From Alistipes sp. (GTDB lineage: Bacteria > Bacteroidota > Bacteroidia > Bacteroidales > Rikenellaceae): a stretch of 64,000 bases of DNA. The translations under genes and the position numbers were made by a program. Below the pieces are notes generated by a model, which was given only the letters and a program-made list of their open reading frames with translations, was not told the origin of the DNA and searched no databases. Every line of letters starts with the position of its first letter. The stretch's first letter is position 1. The stretch lies in contig JAZRJJ010000058.1 of NCBI GenBank assembly GCA_045645705.1, positions 33,746-97,745 on the forward strand, read 5' to 3'. Shown piece after piece: positions 31,018-40,191 of this stretch.

Positions 31018-31938
31018 TTACTTTACAATACCGATAATGTCGCTCAGGCGCTCGATGCCGAGGCGCTCCATCTCCTTGGGCAATGCCTCGATAATCTCCT
31101 TTGCGGCGTATGGGTTCTTGAGGTTAGCAGCACCCACCTGCACGGCTGTGGCACCTGCCATCATCATCTCGATGACGTCCGACGCAGAGCTTACGCCACC
31201 GCAACCCATAACGGGGATGTTGCAGGCGTTAGCAACCTGATATACCATGCGCACAGCAACGGGGAAGATGGCGTCACCCGAGAAACCGCCCATCTTATTG
31301 GCGATAACGGGCTTGCGACGCATGGTGTCGATGCGCATACCCAACAAAGTGTTAATCAGGCAGATACCATCAGCACCCGCCTCCTCGCACGCCTTGGCGA
31401 TAGCAACGATGTCCGTAACATTGGGGCTGAGCTTGATGAATACGGGCTTCGTAGTAACGGCCTTCACGCGGCGTGTAACCTCGGCTGCCGACTCGGGCTG
31501 TGTGCCGAAGCTCATACCGCCATTATGCACATTGGGGCACGATACGTTGACCTCGATAATCTCCACCTGCTCCTCCTTGTCAATCTTGGCGCAGCACTCC
31601 TCATACTCCTCCAACGAGAAGCCGCTGATGTTGGCTACGATGGGGTTGTGGAAGATGGTGCGGAGGTGGGGTAGCTCCTCTGCGATAACCTGGTCGATAC
31701 CGGGGTTCTGCAAGCCTACAGAGTTGATAAGACCCGATGTGCACTCCGCAATGCGGGGTGTGGGGTTACCAAAGCGGGCGTCGCGTGTTGTACCCTTGAA
31801 TGATATTGCACCGAGGCAGTCGAGGTCGTAGTACTCCGCGAACTCACGACCGAAGCCGAAGGTTCCTGATGCGGGAATTACGGGGTTAGTGAGCTTCACA
31901 CCGCAAAGCTCAACCGAAGTGTCAAAGTGCTTTACCAT
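31018..31938 (-). CDS. pyrD: Dihydroorotate dehydrogenase 1B catalytic subunit
   Basis: ASGTFG, GNPTPR, NVSCPNV, KLSPNVTDI, INTLLG. Confidence 0.95.
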   Translation of the reverse strand: MVKHFDTSVELCGVKLTNPVIPASGTFGFGREFAEYYDLDCLGAISFKGTTRDARFGNPTPRIAECTSGLINSVGLQNPGIDQVIAEELPHLRTIFHNPIVANISGFSLEEYEECCAKIDKEEQVEIIEVNVSCPNVHNGGMSFGTQPESAAEVTRRVKAVTTKPVFIKLSPNVTDIVAIAKACEEAGADGICLINTLLGMRIDTMRRKPVIANKMGGFSGDAIFPVAVRMVYQVANACNIPVMGCGGVSSASDVIEMMMAGATAVQVGAANLKNPYAAKEIIEALPKEMERLGIERLSDIIGIVK

Positions 31939-32672
31939 ATAATCTCCTCTCTTTTAAGTACGGGACCATCCTTGCAGATACGCTTGTTGCCATACTTGGT
32001 CTTGCAGGTGCAACCCATGCAGGCGCCAAAGCCGCAACCCATGCGCTCCTCGAAGCTGAACTCCGCGGGAACGGTGGTAGCGTCGTACAAGGCCTTCAAC
32101 ATTGGCAATGGACCACAGGTGTAGAGGTAGTCGAACTCGATGCCCGCCTCGCGGATGGCATCCGTTACGAAGCCCTTGATGCCCAATGAGCCATCTGCCG
32201 TAGCAACATACACATCCACGCCCAAAGCCTCGAACTCTGCCTTATAGAATACCTCGCTTGCGGTGTTGAAGCCCAACACCACGCGGGGCTGCTTACCCTC
32301 GCTAAGGAGGCGCTTGCAGAGGTTATACATCGGTGGCACACCAACGCCACCACCTACAAGAAGTGGGCGCTGTGCTGCGTTCTCGGTAGAGAAGCCGTTG
32401 CCGAGGCCTGTGAGGATGTCGAGCTTTGTGCCTACCTCCATCTGGCGCATCTGCTCCGTGCCGCGACCCACTACCTTATATATAATAGTGAGCGTAGCGT
32501 CGTCGTAGTCGCACACCGAGATGGGGCGGCGCAAGAACTTGCCCTCGAGCTCGATGTTCACGAACTGACCCGAGCGTGTGATATATTGCGTATCGCCCGC
32601 CAACACCATGCGGTAGACCGCAGGTGTTAGGGGCTCGTTAGATACGATAGTGTAAATTCCTCTCTTATACAT
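31932..32672 (-). CDS. pyrK: Dihydroorotate dehydrogenase electron transfer subunit
   Basis: LRRPISV, GGGVGVPP, CGP, EERMGCGFGACMGC...CKDGPV. Confidence 0.95.
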   Translation of the reverse strand: MYKRGIYTIVSNEPLTPAVYRMVLAGDTQYITRSGQFVNIELEGKFLRRPISVCDYDDATLTIIYKVVGRGTEQMRQMEVGTKLDILTGLGNGFSTENAAQRPLLVGGGVGVPPMYNLCKRLLSEGKQPRVVLGFNTASEVFYKAEFEALGVDVYVATADGSLGIKGFVTDAIREAGIEFDYLYTCGPLPMLKALYDATTVPAEFSFEERMGCGFGACMGCTCKTKYGNKRICKDGPVLKREEIIW

Positions 32673-32674
32673 TG

Positions 32675-35600
32675 TTACTCTGCATCGATTGTCGACACGC
32701 CCAATGTAATCTCCTCCAAAACGTCGAGAAGCACGCTTACGGTCTCGAGTGCGGTGAAGATGGTAACGTTGTTCTCAACGGCACAACGACGGATGTCGTA
32801 GCCATCGAGACGAGCGCTATGCTGGTTGATGTCGATGGTGTTGATAACATAGTTTACATGGCCCTTGCGGATAGACTCGAAGATCTCGGTAGAGCCCTCG
32901 CTGAGCTTCTTGAGCATGCGGGTGCGGATGCCGTTCTCGCGCAAGAATGTTGCGGTACCGCCTGTAGCCTCGATGTTGAAGCCGAGCTCGTAGAAGCGGC
33001 GGATGAGTGGCAAGGCGCGTGGCTTGTCTGCATCGGCGATAGATACGAAGATGGTACCGTAGTTCGCGATGGTCATGCCCGACGACTGCAATGACTTGTA
33101 CAATGCGCGGCGCAATGAGGTGTCGTAGCCGATAGCCTCACCCGTAGACTTCATCTCGGGAGAGAGGTAAGAGTCTACGCCACGAATCTTGGCGAATGAG
33201 AAGGCGGGAGTCTTGACATACCAGCGCTTCTTCTCCTCGGGAACGATGACATTGATGCCCTGCTCCTTGAGGCTCTTGCCAAGCATTACGTTTGTGGCGA
33301 TGTTGGCCATAGGCATGCCTGTAGCCTTCGACAAGAAGGGCACGGTACGCGATGAACGGGGGTTAACCTCGATGACGTATACCATGTCGTTGTCGTCGGC
33401 GATGAACTGGATGTTGTACAAGCCGAGGATGCCAATCTCCTTACCGAGACGGATGGTGTAGTCGATAATTGTGTCCTTAACCTTCTGGCTTACGCTGAAT
33501 GTGGGGTACACGCTGATTGAGTCACCAGAGTGGATACCTGTGCGCTCAACGTGCTCCATGATACCAGGGATGAAGACGTCGGTGCCGTCGCAGATGGCGT
33601 CAACCTCCAACTCCTTACCCATGATATACTTGTCAACCAATACGGGCTGGTCCTCGTTGACCTCAACGGCGGTCTTGAGGTAGTGGCGCAAAGCCTCCTC
33701 GTTCGACACAATCTGCATAGCGCGACCACCCAACACGTAGCTTGGTCGAACCAAGACGGGGTAGCCGATACGCTCTGCGGCAGCAACACCGCGCTCGATG
33801 TCGGTGATGGCCTCTGCATCGGGCTGTGGGATGCCCACGCGGCGCATGATAGCCTCGAAGCACTTTCTATCCTCAGCGTTGTTGATAGCCTCGATGCCTG
33901 TGCCGATAATCTCCACGCCGAGGTCGGCCAATGGCTTAGCGAGGTTGATAGCGGTCTGACCACCGAGTGATACTACAACACCCGTAGGCTTCTCCAACTC
34001 GATGACGTTCATAACATCCTCCACGGTCAAAGGCTCGAAGTAGAGCTTGTCGCTGGTGGTGTAGTCGGTAGATACGGTCTCGGGGTTGTTGTTGATGATG
34101 ATAGCCTCGTAGCCCGCCTCGCGGATAGCCCAGATGGCGTGTACGGTAGAGTAGTCGAACTCCACGCCCTGACCGATACGGATAGGACCAGAGCCGAGTA
34201 CGACAATCTTCTTGCGGTCGGTGACAACGGACTCGTTCTCCTCTTCGTATGTAGAATATAGGTATGGCACCTTAGAGTCGAACTCCGCAGCGCAGGTGTC
34301 AATCATCTTGTACACGGGGAAGATGTTGTTTGCCTTACGCATGAGGAATACCTCGCTCTCGGTCATGCCCCAGAGGCTGCCGATGAACTTGTCGCTAAAG
34401 CCCATGCGCTTAGCCTCGTACAACACCTCGGCGTTCTTTGCGTTCTCCTTAACCACGCACTCCATCTCCACGATGTTCTTGAGCTTCTCGAGGAAGAAGA
34501 GGTCGATCTTGGTGTTGTCGTAGACGTGCAAGAGGTCTACGCCGCGGCGGATAAGCTCGGCGATGGCGTAGATGCGGTCGTCGGTACCCTTGCGGATGTA
34601 TGCGAGGATGCCCTCAACAGACATGGTGTCGAACTTCTTGTGGTAGATATGGCAAACGCCAGTCTCGAGTGAGCGGACCGCCTTCAAGAGGCCCTCCTCG
34701 AAGGTGCGGCCAACGGACATAACCTCACCCGTAGCTTTCATCTGTGTGCCGAGCTCGTTCGATGCGTCGCTAAACTTATCGAAGGGGAAGCGGGCAACCT
34801 TCGTTACGATGTAGTCCAACGTAGGCTCGAAGCTTGCGGGGGTGTTGGCAATCTGAATCTCATCGAGGGTCATGCCGATGGCGACCTTCGCAGTAACGCG
34901 TGCGATGGGGTAGCCACTCGCCTTTGATGCAAGCGCTGAAGAGCGGCTAACGCGGGGGTTAACCTCGATGATGAAGTATTTGAACGAGAGGGGGTCGAGT
35001 GCGAACTGCACGTTGCAACCACCCTCAATCTTGAGTGCGCGGATGAGTTTCAAGGCGCTTGAGCGGAGCATGTTGTACTCCTTGGCAGCGAGAGTCTGGC
35101 TGGGAGCAACAACGATAGAGTCACCCGTGTGGATACCTACGGGGTCTACGTTCTCCATAGAGCAGATGGCGATGGCGGTGTCGTTCTTGTCGCGCATAAC
35201 CTCGAACTCAATCTCCTTGTAGCCCTTGATGCTCTTCTCGACCAAAACCTGATGGATGGGCGAGAGTGCCAAGGCGTTACGCATGGTGTCGCGCAACTCC
35301 TCCTCGTTGTCCGCGAAACCACCACCTGTACCACCGAGTGTGAAGGCGGGGCGCAAGACTACGGGGTAGCCAATCTCCTTCGCTGCCTCGACACCCTCCT
35401 CGATAGAGTTGGTGATGCGTGAGGGGATGACGGGCTCGCCGATGCGCATACAGAGCTCCTTGAACAACTCGCGGTCCTCGGCCTCCTCGATAGAGGTGAA
35501 CGATGTACCCAAAATCTGGACACCGCACTCCTCCAAAATACCCTTCTTTGCCAACTGCACGGCGAGGTTCAAGCCTGTCTGGCCACCCAAGCCTGGCACG

Positions 35601-35857
35601 ATAGCGTCGGGGCGCTCGTAGCGGATAATCTTTGCCACATACTCCAATGTGAGTGGCTCCATGTAGACCTTATCAGCGATGTTGGTGTCGGTCATGATGG
35701 TTGCGGGGTTTGAGTTAACGAGGATAACCTGATAACCCTCCTCCTTGAGTGCGAGGCACGCCTGTGTACCTGCATAGTCGAACTCGGCAGCCTGACCAAT
35801 AACGATAGGGCCAGAGCCGATAACCATTACTTTCTTTATATCTGTTCTCTTTGGCAT
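32675..35857 (-). CDS. carB: Carbamoyl-phosphate synthase large subunit
   Basis: MPKRTDIKK...[17 protein letters not shown], two ATP-grasp halves, C-terminal MGS domain. Confidence 0.98.
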   Translation of the reverse strand: MPKRTDIKKVMVIGSGPIVIGQAAEFDYAGTQACLALKEEGYQVILVNSNPATIMTDTNIADKVYMEPLTLEYVAKIIRYERPDAIVPGLGGQTGLNLAVQLAKKGILEECGVQILGTSFTSIEEAEDRELFKELCMRIGEPVIPSRITNSIEEGVEAAKEIGYPVVLRPAFTLGGTGGGFADNEEELRDTMRNALALSPIHQVLVEKSIKGYKEIEFEVMRDKNDTAIAICSMENVDPVGIHTGDSIVVAPSQTLAAKEYNMLRSSALKLIRALKIEGGCNVQFALDPLSFKYFIIEVNPRVSRSSALASKASGYPIARVTAKVAIGMTLDEIQIANTPASFEPTLDYIVTKVARFPFDKFSDASNELGTQMKATGEVMSVGRTFEEGLLKAVRSLETGVCHIYHKKFDTMSVEGILAYIRKGTDDRIYAIAELIRRGVDLLHVYDNTKIDLFFLEKLKNIVEMECVVKENAKNAEVLYEAKRMGFSDKFIGSLWGMTESEVFLMRKANNIFPVYKMIDTCAAEFDSKVPYLYSTYEEENESVVTDRKKIVVLGSGPIRIGQGVEFDYSTVHAIWAIREAGYEAIIINNNPETVSTDYTTSDKLYFEPLTVEDVMNVIELEKPTGVVVSLGGQTAINLAKPLADLGVEIIGTGIEAINNAEDRKCFEAIMRRVGIPQPDAEAITDIERGVAAAERIGYPVLVRPSYVLGGRAMQIVSNEEALRHYLKTAVEVNEDQPVLVDKYIMGKELEVDAICDGTDVFIPGIMEHVERTGIHSGDSISVYPTFSVSQKVKDTIIDYTIRLGKEIGILGLYNIQFIADDNDMVYVIEVNPRSSRTVPFLSKATGMPMANIATNVMLGKSLKEQGINVIVPEEKKRWYVKTPAFSFAKIRGVDSYLSPEMKSTGEAIGYDTSLRRALYKSLQSSGMTIANYGTIFVSIADADKPRALPLIRRFYELGFNIEATGGTATFLRENGIRTRMLKKLSEGSTEIFESIRKGHVNYVINTIDINQHSARLDGYDIRRCAVENNVTIFTALETVSVLLDVLEEITLGVSTIDAE

Positions 35858-35860
35858 AGT

Positions 35861-36937
35861 CTACTCCTCCATCAGTTTAATGAATTTATCAAATAGGTAG
35901 GCGCTGGTTGACTCGGGGCTGCAGTCGGGCTGATACTGCACCGAAAAGACATTGTCCTCCTTGACCTCGATACCCGCGATGGCGTTGTCCAAGATGTTGC
36001 GGTGGGTAATGACAATAGGTGTGTTTGCCAACGACGCCTCGCTAACAGCATAGCCGTGGTTCTGCGTCACAATCTCGAGCTTGCCGCTCTCGAGGTTCTT
36101 GACGGGGTGGTTAGCACCGCGGTGGCCGACCTTCATCTTCTCGATGGCTGCGCCGTAGCTCATGGCGATGAGCTGGTGACCGAGGTCCACACCGAAGATT
36201 GGCAACTTACCACGCAACTCCTTGAGCGTGTTGCATACGATGGCTGCATCGGCGGGGTTACCAGGACCGTTCGATACGAAGAGGCCGTCGGGGTTGAAGG
36301 CCATAATCTCCTCGGCGGTAGAGTTGTAAGGCACGATAGTGACGTTGCAACCCTTGGCGTTGAGCTGGCGGATGAAGCTATACTTGATACCGCAGTCCAA
36401 AGCCACGACATCCCACTTGTGGTTGGGCGTACGCGAGAACCAACGCTTCTTGCAGCTGATGCGCTCCAAGAGGTTTCCTTTAAGTTCCGTAGTGCGGATA
36501 AGTTCCATAGCCTCGTCGTGCGACATGTTGATGTCTACGATAGCGGCACGCTGTGTGCCCTCGTTGCGGATGATGCGCGTAATCATACGAGTGTCGACGC
36601 CGCTGATTGCGGGGATGTCCAACTCCTCGAAGGTCTCGTTCATGGTCTTGGTGTAGCGGAAGTTGCTGGGTGCCTCGCAGTACTCGCGAACAACCATACC
36701 ACCCATTGCGGGGTACTTGCTCTCGTAGTCCTCATCCATGAAGCCGTAGTTACCCATCAAGGGGTAGGTCATAACTACAATCTGGTCGGTGTACGTTGGG
36801 TCGGAAACAATCTCCTGGTATCCCACCATAGAGGTGTTGAACACAATCTCGCAGACCGCATTACGGTTTGAGCCGAAGCCGTAGCCTGGAAACTCCTTAC
36901 CGTTCTCAAGTACAAGTTTTTTGGTGTAAGGTTTCAT
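35861..36937 (-). CDS. carA: Carbamoyl-phosphate synthase small subunit with substituted glutaminase triad
   Basis: FNTSMVGYQE, SNGPGNP, GHRGANHPV, TQNHGY; but GVDLGHQ and QYQPD replace GICLGHQ and QYHPE. Confidence 0.95.
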   Translation of the reverse strand: MKPYTKKLVLENGKEFPGYGFGSNRNAVCEIVFNTSMVGYQEIVSDPTYTDQIVVMTYPLMGNYGFMDEDYESKYPAMGGMVVREYCEAPSNFRYTKTMNETFEELDIPAISGVDTRMITRIIRNEGTQRAAIVDINMSHDEAMELIRTTELKGNLLERISCKKRWFSRTPNHKWDVVALDCGIKYSFIRQLNAKGCNVTIVPYNSTAEEIMAFNPDGLFVSNGPGNPADAAIVCNTLKELRGKLPIFGVDLGHQLIAMSYGAAIEKMKVGHRGANHPVKNLESGKLEIVTQNHGYAVSEASLANTPIVITHRNILDNAIAGIEVKEDNVFSVQYQPDCSPESTSAYLFDKFIKLMEE

Positions 36938-36955
36938 CTACTGAATTGTTTTATA

Positions 36956-38227
36956 TTATTTTGTTTTGTTGTCGTATACAATCTCACCGCGGTGCAGCGT
37001 CATCACTACATCGCCTACCATCTCACGGCCATCGAACATCGAAATCTTACCCATAGAGTAGAACTCGTTGCTGTCGACACGCCACTCCTTCTCCACGACC
37101 AAGAGCACCACATCTGCGCGGTCACCCTCGTTGAGTCCACCCTCGATGCGGAAGACCTTGCGGGGGTTGAGGCTCATAAGCTCCACCAAGCGCTCCATGG
37201 TGATAATGCCCTTGCGTACAAGGTGGGTGTTGAGTGCTGCAAAGGCGGTCTCGAGGCCCACAATGCCCATGGCGCTATCCTTCAATCCGCGCGACTTCTC
37301 CTCGATGCTGTGGGGTGCATGGTCCGTTGCAATCATGTCGATGGTGCCATCCTTGATACCCTCAACAAGTGCTGCCCTATCCTCTGCCGAGCGCAAAGGT
37401 GGGTTCATCTTCCAGCGTGCATCCTCCTGGAGGTCCATGTCGGTGAAGATGAGGTAGTGGGGACCTGTCTCGCAGGTGACCTTAACGCCACGCGCCTTAG
37501 CCTCGCGTACCAACTGCACGGTCTCCTTTGTTGAGATGTGGCAGACATGATAGCGGCAACCCAAGCGCTCCGCAATCTCGATGTCGCGCTTAACCTGCTC
37601 CCACTCGCTCTCCGAGCAGATGCCCTTGTGGCCATGTGCCTTGGCATACTCGCCATCGTGGATGTAGCCACCACGGAGCAACTCCTCCACCTCGCAGTGT
37701 GCCGCGATAAGCTGGTCGTGCTTCACCGCCTCGGTCATGGCGCGCTCCATCATGCCGTCAACCTGCACGCCGCTGCCGTCATCCGAGAATGCGCAAACCT
37801 TGCCCACCAACGAGGCCATGTCCACGAGTTCCTCGCCCTTGCGGCCGATGGTGATGGCAGCGTAGGGCAACACCTCAATCTTTGCGTCGCGGTCGATGAT
37901 GTCCTGCTGTGCCTTGAGGTTCTCCACGCTGTCGGGAACGGGGTTGAGGTTGGGCATTGAGCACACGGTGGTATATCCGCCACGCGCTGCCGCCATGGTG
38001 CCCGTAGCGATGCGCTCCTTATATCCGAAGCCTGGCTCGCGGAGGTGTACGTGCACATCGACAAATGCGGGTGCTACAACCAAGCCCTCGGCGTTGATGA
38101 TGCGGTCCTCGGCCTGTGTCTCGATATGTTCTCTGCACTCGCTGATGCGACCATCAGTGATTGCGATATCCTGCTTGCCGACTCCTGGGACGAAGCCGTT
38201 TTTGATGATAGTTCTTGTGTTAGCCAT
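36956..38227 (-). CDS. pyrC: Dihydroorotase (long type I)
   Basis: DVHVHLREPG, MPN, CHIS, KMNPPLR, ATDHAPH. Confidence 0.96.
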   Translation of the reverse strand: MANTRTIIKNGFVPGVGKQDIAITDGRISECREHIETQAEDRIINAEGLVVAPAFVDVHVHLREPGFGYKERIATGTMAAARGGYTTVCSMPNLNPVPDSVENLKAQQDIIDRDAKIEVLPYAAITIGRKGEELVDMASLVGKVCAFSDDGSGVQVDGMMERAMTEAVKHDQLIAAHCEVEELLRGGYIHDGEYAKAHGHKGICSESEWEQVKRDIEIAERLGCRYHVCHISTKETVQLVREAKARGVKVTCETGPHYLIFTDMDLQEDARWKMNPPLRSAEDRAALVEGIKDGTIDMIATDHAPHSIEEKSRGLKDSAMGIVGLETAFAALNTHLVRKGIITMERLVELMSLNPRKVFRIEGGLNEGDRADVVLLVVEKEWRVDSNEFYSMGKISMFDGREMVGDVVMTLHRGEIVYDNKTK

Positions 38228-38232
38228 ACTAT

Positions 38233-38259
38233 AAAAAATAAGCGGCCCAAAGAGCCGCT
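38233..38259 (-). terminator. Attenuator-type terminator just before pyrC
   Basis: Minus strand AGCGGCTC-TTT-GGGCCGCT-TATTTTTT, ending a few nt before the pyrC ATG. Confidence 0.7.
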
Positions 38260-38263
38260 AAAA

Positions 38264-38368
38264 TCAATTAAAAACAGTGAATGCCAAACCATTAAAACCT
38301 CGACGACAACACGCCACCTGTGGGAGAGCCTGTGCATTAGAGATATGGTTGTACATCGCGCGTTTCAT
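38264..38368 (-). CDS. Putative pyr leader peptide (34 aa)
   Basis: MKRAMYNHISNAQALPQVACCRRGFNGLAFTVFN lies between the promoter motif and the hairpin; U-rich 3' half. Confidence 0.45.
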   Translation of the reverse strand: MKRAMYNHISNAQALPQVACCRRGFNGLAFTVFN

Positions 38369-38388
38369 AGTGTTATATATAATTGGCG

Positions 38389-38396
38389 CAAAGATA
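38389..38396 (-). promoter_or_regulatory. Bacteroidetes -7 promoter element of the pyr operon
   Basis: TATCTTTG on the minus strand. Confidence 0.65.
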
Positions 38397-38439
38397 TGAA
38401 TTTTTCTTGGTTTGTGCAATAGTGGTGACCTATTTTTTT

Positions 38440-38578
38440 TCTTTGTTGCGATAAGCCGCAATCTGCTGCCGCTAACAAACTATCTCGGCAATGGGTAGTA
38501 CGCCATATTACGCCCCATCGCTTCGAATAACTCACTTTGTAGAAAGAGTCACACTTTATCACATTTTATCACAAGAAA
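38440..38578 (-). repeat. Degenerate inverted copy (D) of the rod-like repeat
   Basis: ATGGGTAGTAC...TACGCCCCAT (38491-38518) matches the reverse complement of the copy C apex; ends in ATCACAAGAAA; left end poorly defined. Confidence 0.5.
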
Positions 38579-39199
38579 TAACACACCCCCACCCCTTGTG
38601 ATTTTGTGATTTTGTGATTTTGTGATTTTTGGGGTGGGTGGTTCTACCCATAGACAGATGATACTATCCGCAGATGGCGAACTCTGACCGTAGGCAGATG
38701 ATGCTACTCGCAGCCACGCAAATATGAGGTTATATGGCAATCGCTAAATGACCATATAACTATTAATAGTGGAGTATGTGTTGCCGTTGCTACACTACGC
38801 TTACCACACACAATTATCACACTATATATTCATGTCTATATATAGTGATATATAGCATACTATATATACTACTTAATGTAACACTTTACACTGATATTGG
38901 TGTGGCAAGAGCCCTCTATGTGGCGGTTGTCGCACATAGTAGAAAGAACACATCTATACACCTAACCATGTAGGTTAGGATATGCACCTAACTATGCGAG
39001 TTAGGGCATGGATAGATGATTGTATCTACATGCGATTACTTGAGCGAAGCGAGAGAGAGGACCCTCGATGATTGCTCGTTGAGTAGCGTCCCCATAGTCA
39101 TTCATGAATGCCCACTACGACACCCCAAAAATCACAAAATCACAAAATCACAAAATAACAGGGGCGTGGGTATGTGATAAGTGTTATTTCTTGTGATAA
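38566..39199. repeat. Long inverted repeats with internal (TTTTGTGA)n arrays flanking a 484-bp non-coding core
   Basis: 38566-38584 is the exact reverse complement of 39181-39199; 38592-38636 matches 39121-39164 with 1 mismatch and 1 indel. Confidence 0.85.
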
Positions 39200-39310
39200 G
39201 TGGTCATTCTCGACCTCTCAATCAATAGCCTGAATGGGACGTACATCCAAGTACTACCCATCCAGTCTATTTTCATGTCGAGGCCAAGCCTAACCCCTTC
39301 TGACAAGAAA
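39187..39310 (+). repeat. 124-bp rod-like hairpin repeat, copy C
   Basis: TTTCTTGTGATAAG...CGACCTCTCAATC...GAATGGG...CCCATCC...TAACCCCTTCTGACAAGAAA shared with copy A. Confidence 0.85.
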
Positions 39311-39473
39311 TGGGGTTGTGGTGCTCTCGAATGTGACAAAGTGTGGGAGTGCGATAGGGTGGACATAGACTGCGCTCTCGGTTGCATCGCGGGCGAAATG
39401 GGCAAATCGGCGCCTTGTTGAAAAAAAGTTGATAAAAGTGCGTAGCACTATTTCTTATTTAAGAAATTTTCGT

Positions 39474-39481
39474 TACCTTTG
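39474..39481 (+). promoter_or_regulatory. Bacteroidetes -7 promoter element of the pur operon
   Basis: TACCTTTG about 200 nt upstream of purE. Confidence 0.65.
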
Positions 39482-39485
39482 TTGC

Positions 39486-39605
39486 ATGAATAATCAAAGA
39501 GGATATACCCCCGCGCAACTATCAGCCCGATGCCTTGTGCATGAGGTGCAGGTGAACGACGCTTGTGGTATGCCTAAAAAATATAGTGCAAATTCCCTAA
39601 TATAG
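39486..39605 (+). CDS. Putative pur leader peptide (39 aa, or 11 aa from the ATG at 39570)
   Basis: MNNQRGYTPAQLSARCLVHEVQVNDACGMPKKYSANSLI stops 6 nt before a GC-rich hairpin. Confidence 0.3.
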   Translation: MNNQRGYTPAQLSARCLVHEVQVNDACGMPKKYSANSLI

Positions 39606-39611
39606 GGCATA

Positions 39612-39649
39612 GACCGCTGACACTCAATGGGTTGGCGGTCGTTTGTTTT
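39612..39649 (+). terminator. Attenuator-type hairpin in the purE leader
   Basis: GACCGCTGAC-N9-GTTGGCGGTC then GTTTGTTTT. Confidence 0.55.
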
Positions 39650-39686
39650 GAAATAATTGAGTAATTAACAAAAAATACTGAGAATT

Positions 39687-40154
39687 ATGAAAGTAGCAGT
39701 TATTATGGGTTCTACCAGCGACTGGGATGTAATGAAGGCCGCAGTCGAGACATTGGAGGAGTTGGGTATCGAGTACGAGAAGCGCGTTATCTCGGCTCAC
39801 CGCACACCCCACCTCATGGTTGAGTATGCAGAGTCAGCACGCGAGCGTGGCATTGGCGCTATCATCGCGGGCGCAGGTGGCGCAGCACATGTTGCGGGCG
39901 TTACCGCAGCGTTGACCACCGTTCCTGTCATCGGCGTGCCCATCAAGACCTCGGCACTCGGAGGCATGGACTCTTTGCTCTCTATCGTTCAGATGCCTGG
40001 CGGTATCCCCGTCTCTACCACCGCAATCAATGGCGCAAAGAACGCTGCACTCATCGCGGCGTCAATCTTCGCCCTCACCGATAAGGCATTGGAGGAGCGC
40101 CTCATCGCCTTCCGCAAGGCACAGACCGAGAAGGTGCTTGCTGCAGAGTTGTAA
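39687..40154 (+). CDS. purE: N5-CAIR mutase / AIR carboxylase
   Basis: [36 protein letters not shown]. Confidence 0.97.
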   Translation: MKVAVIMGSTSDWDVMKAAVETLEELGIEYEKRVISAHRTPHLMVEYAESARERGIGAIIAGAGGAAHVAGVTAALTTVPVIGVPIKTSALGGMDSLLSIVQMPGGIPVSTTAINGAKNAALIAASIFALTDKALEERLIAFRKAQTEKVLAAEL

Positions 40155-40191
40155 TTTTCGTTAACCCCACTAACAACAAACTAAAACGATT

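Noticed and set aside
38592-39164. CRISPR array
   Set aside because: Units are 8-bp tandem repeats without spacers, in two inverted blocks; no cas genes.
39482-39686. Known purine, ZTP or PRPP riboswitch upstream of purE
   Set aside because: I could not find the conserved cores by eye; an Rfam scan is needed to exclude them formally.
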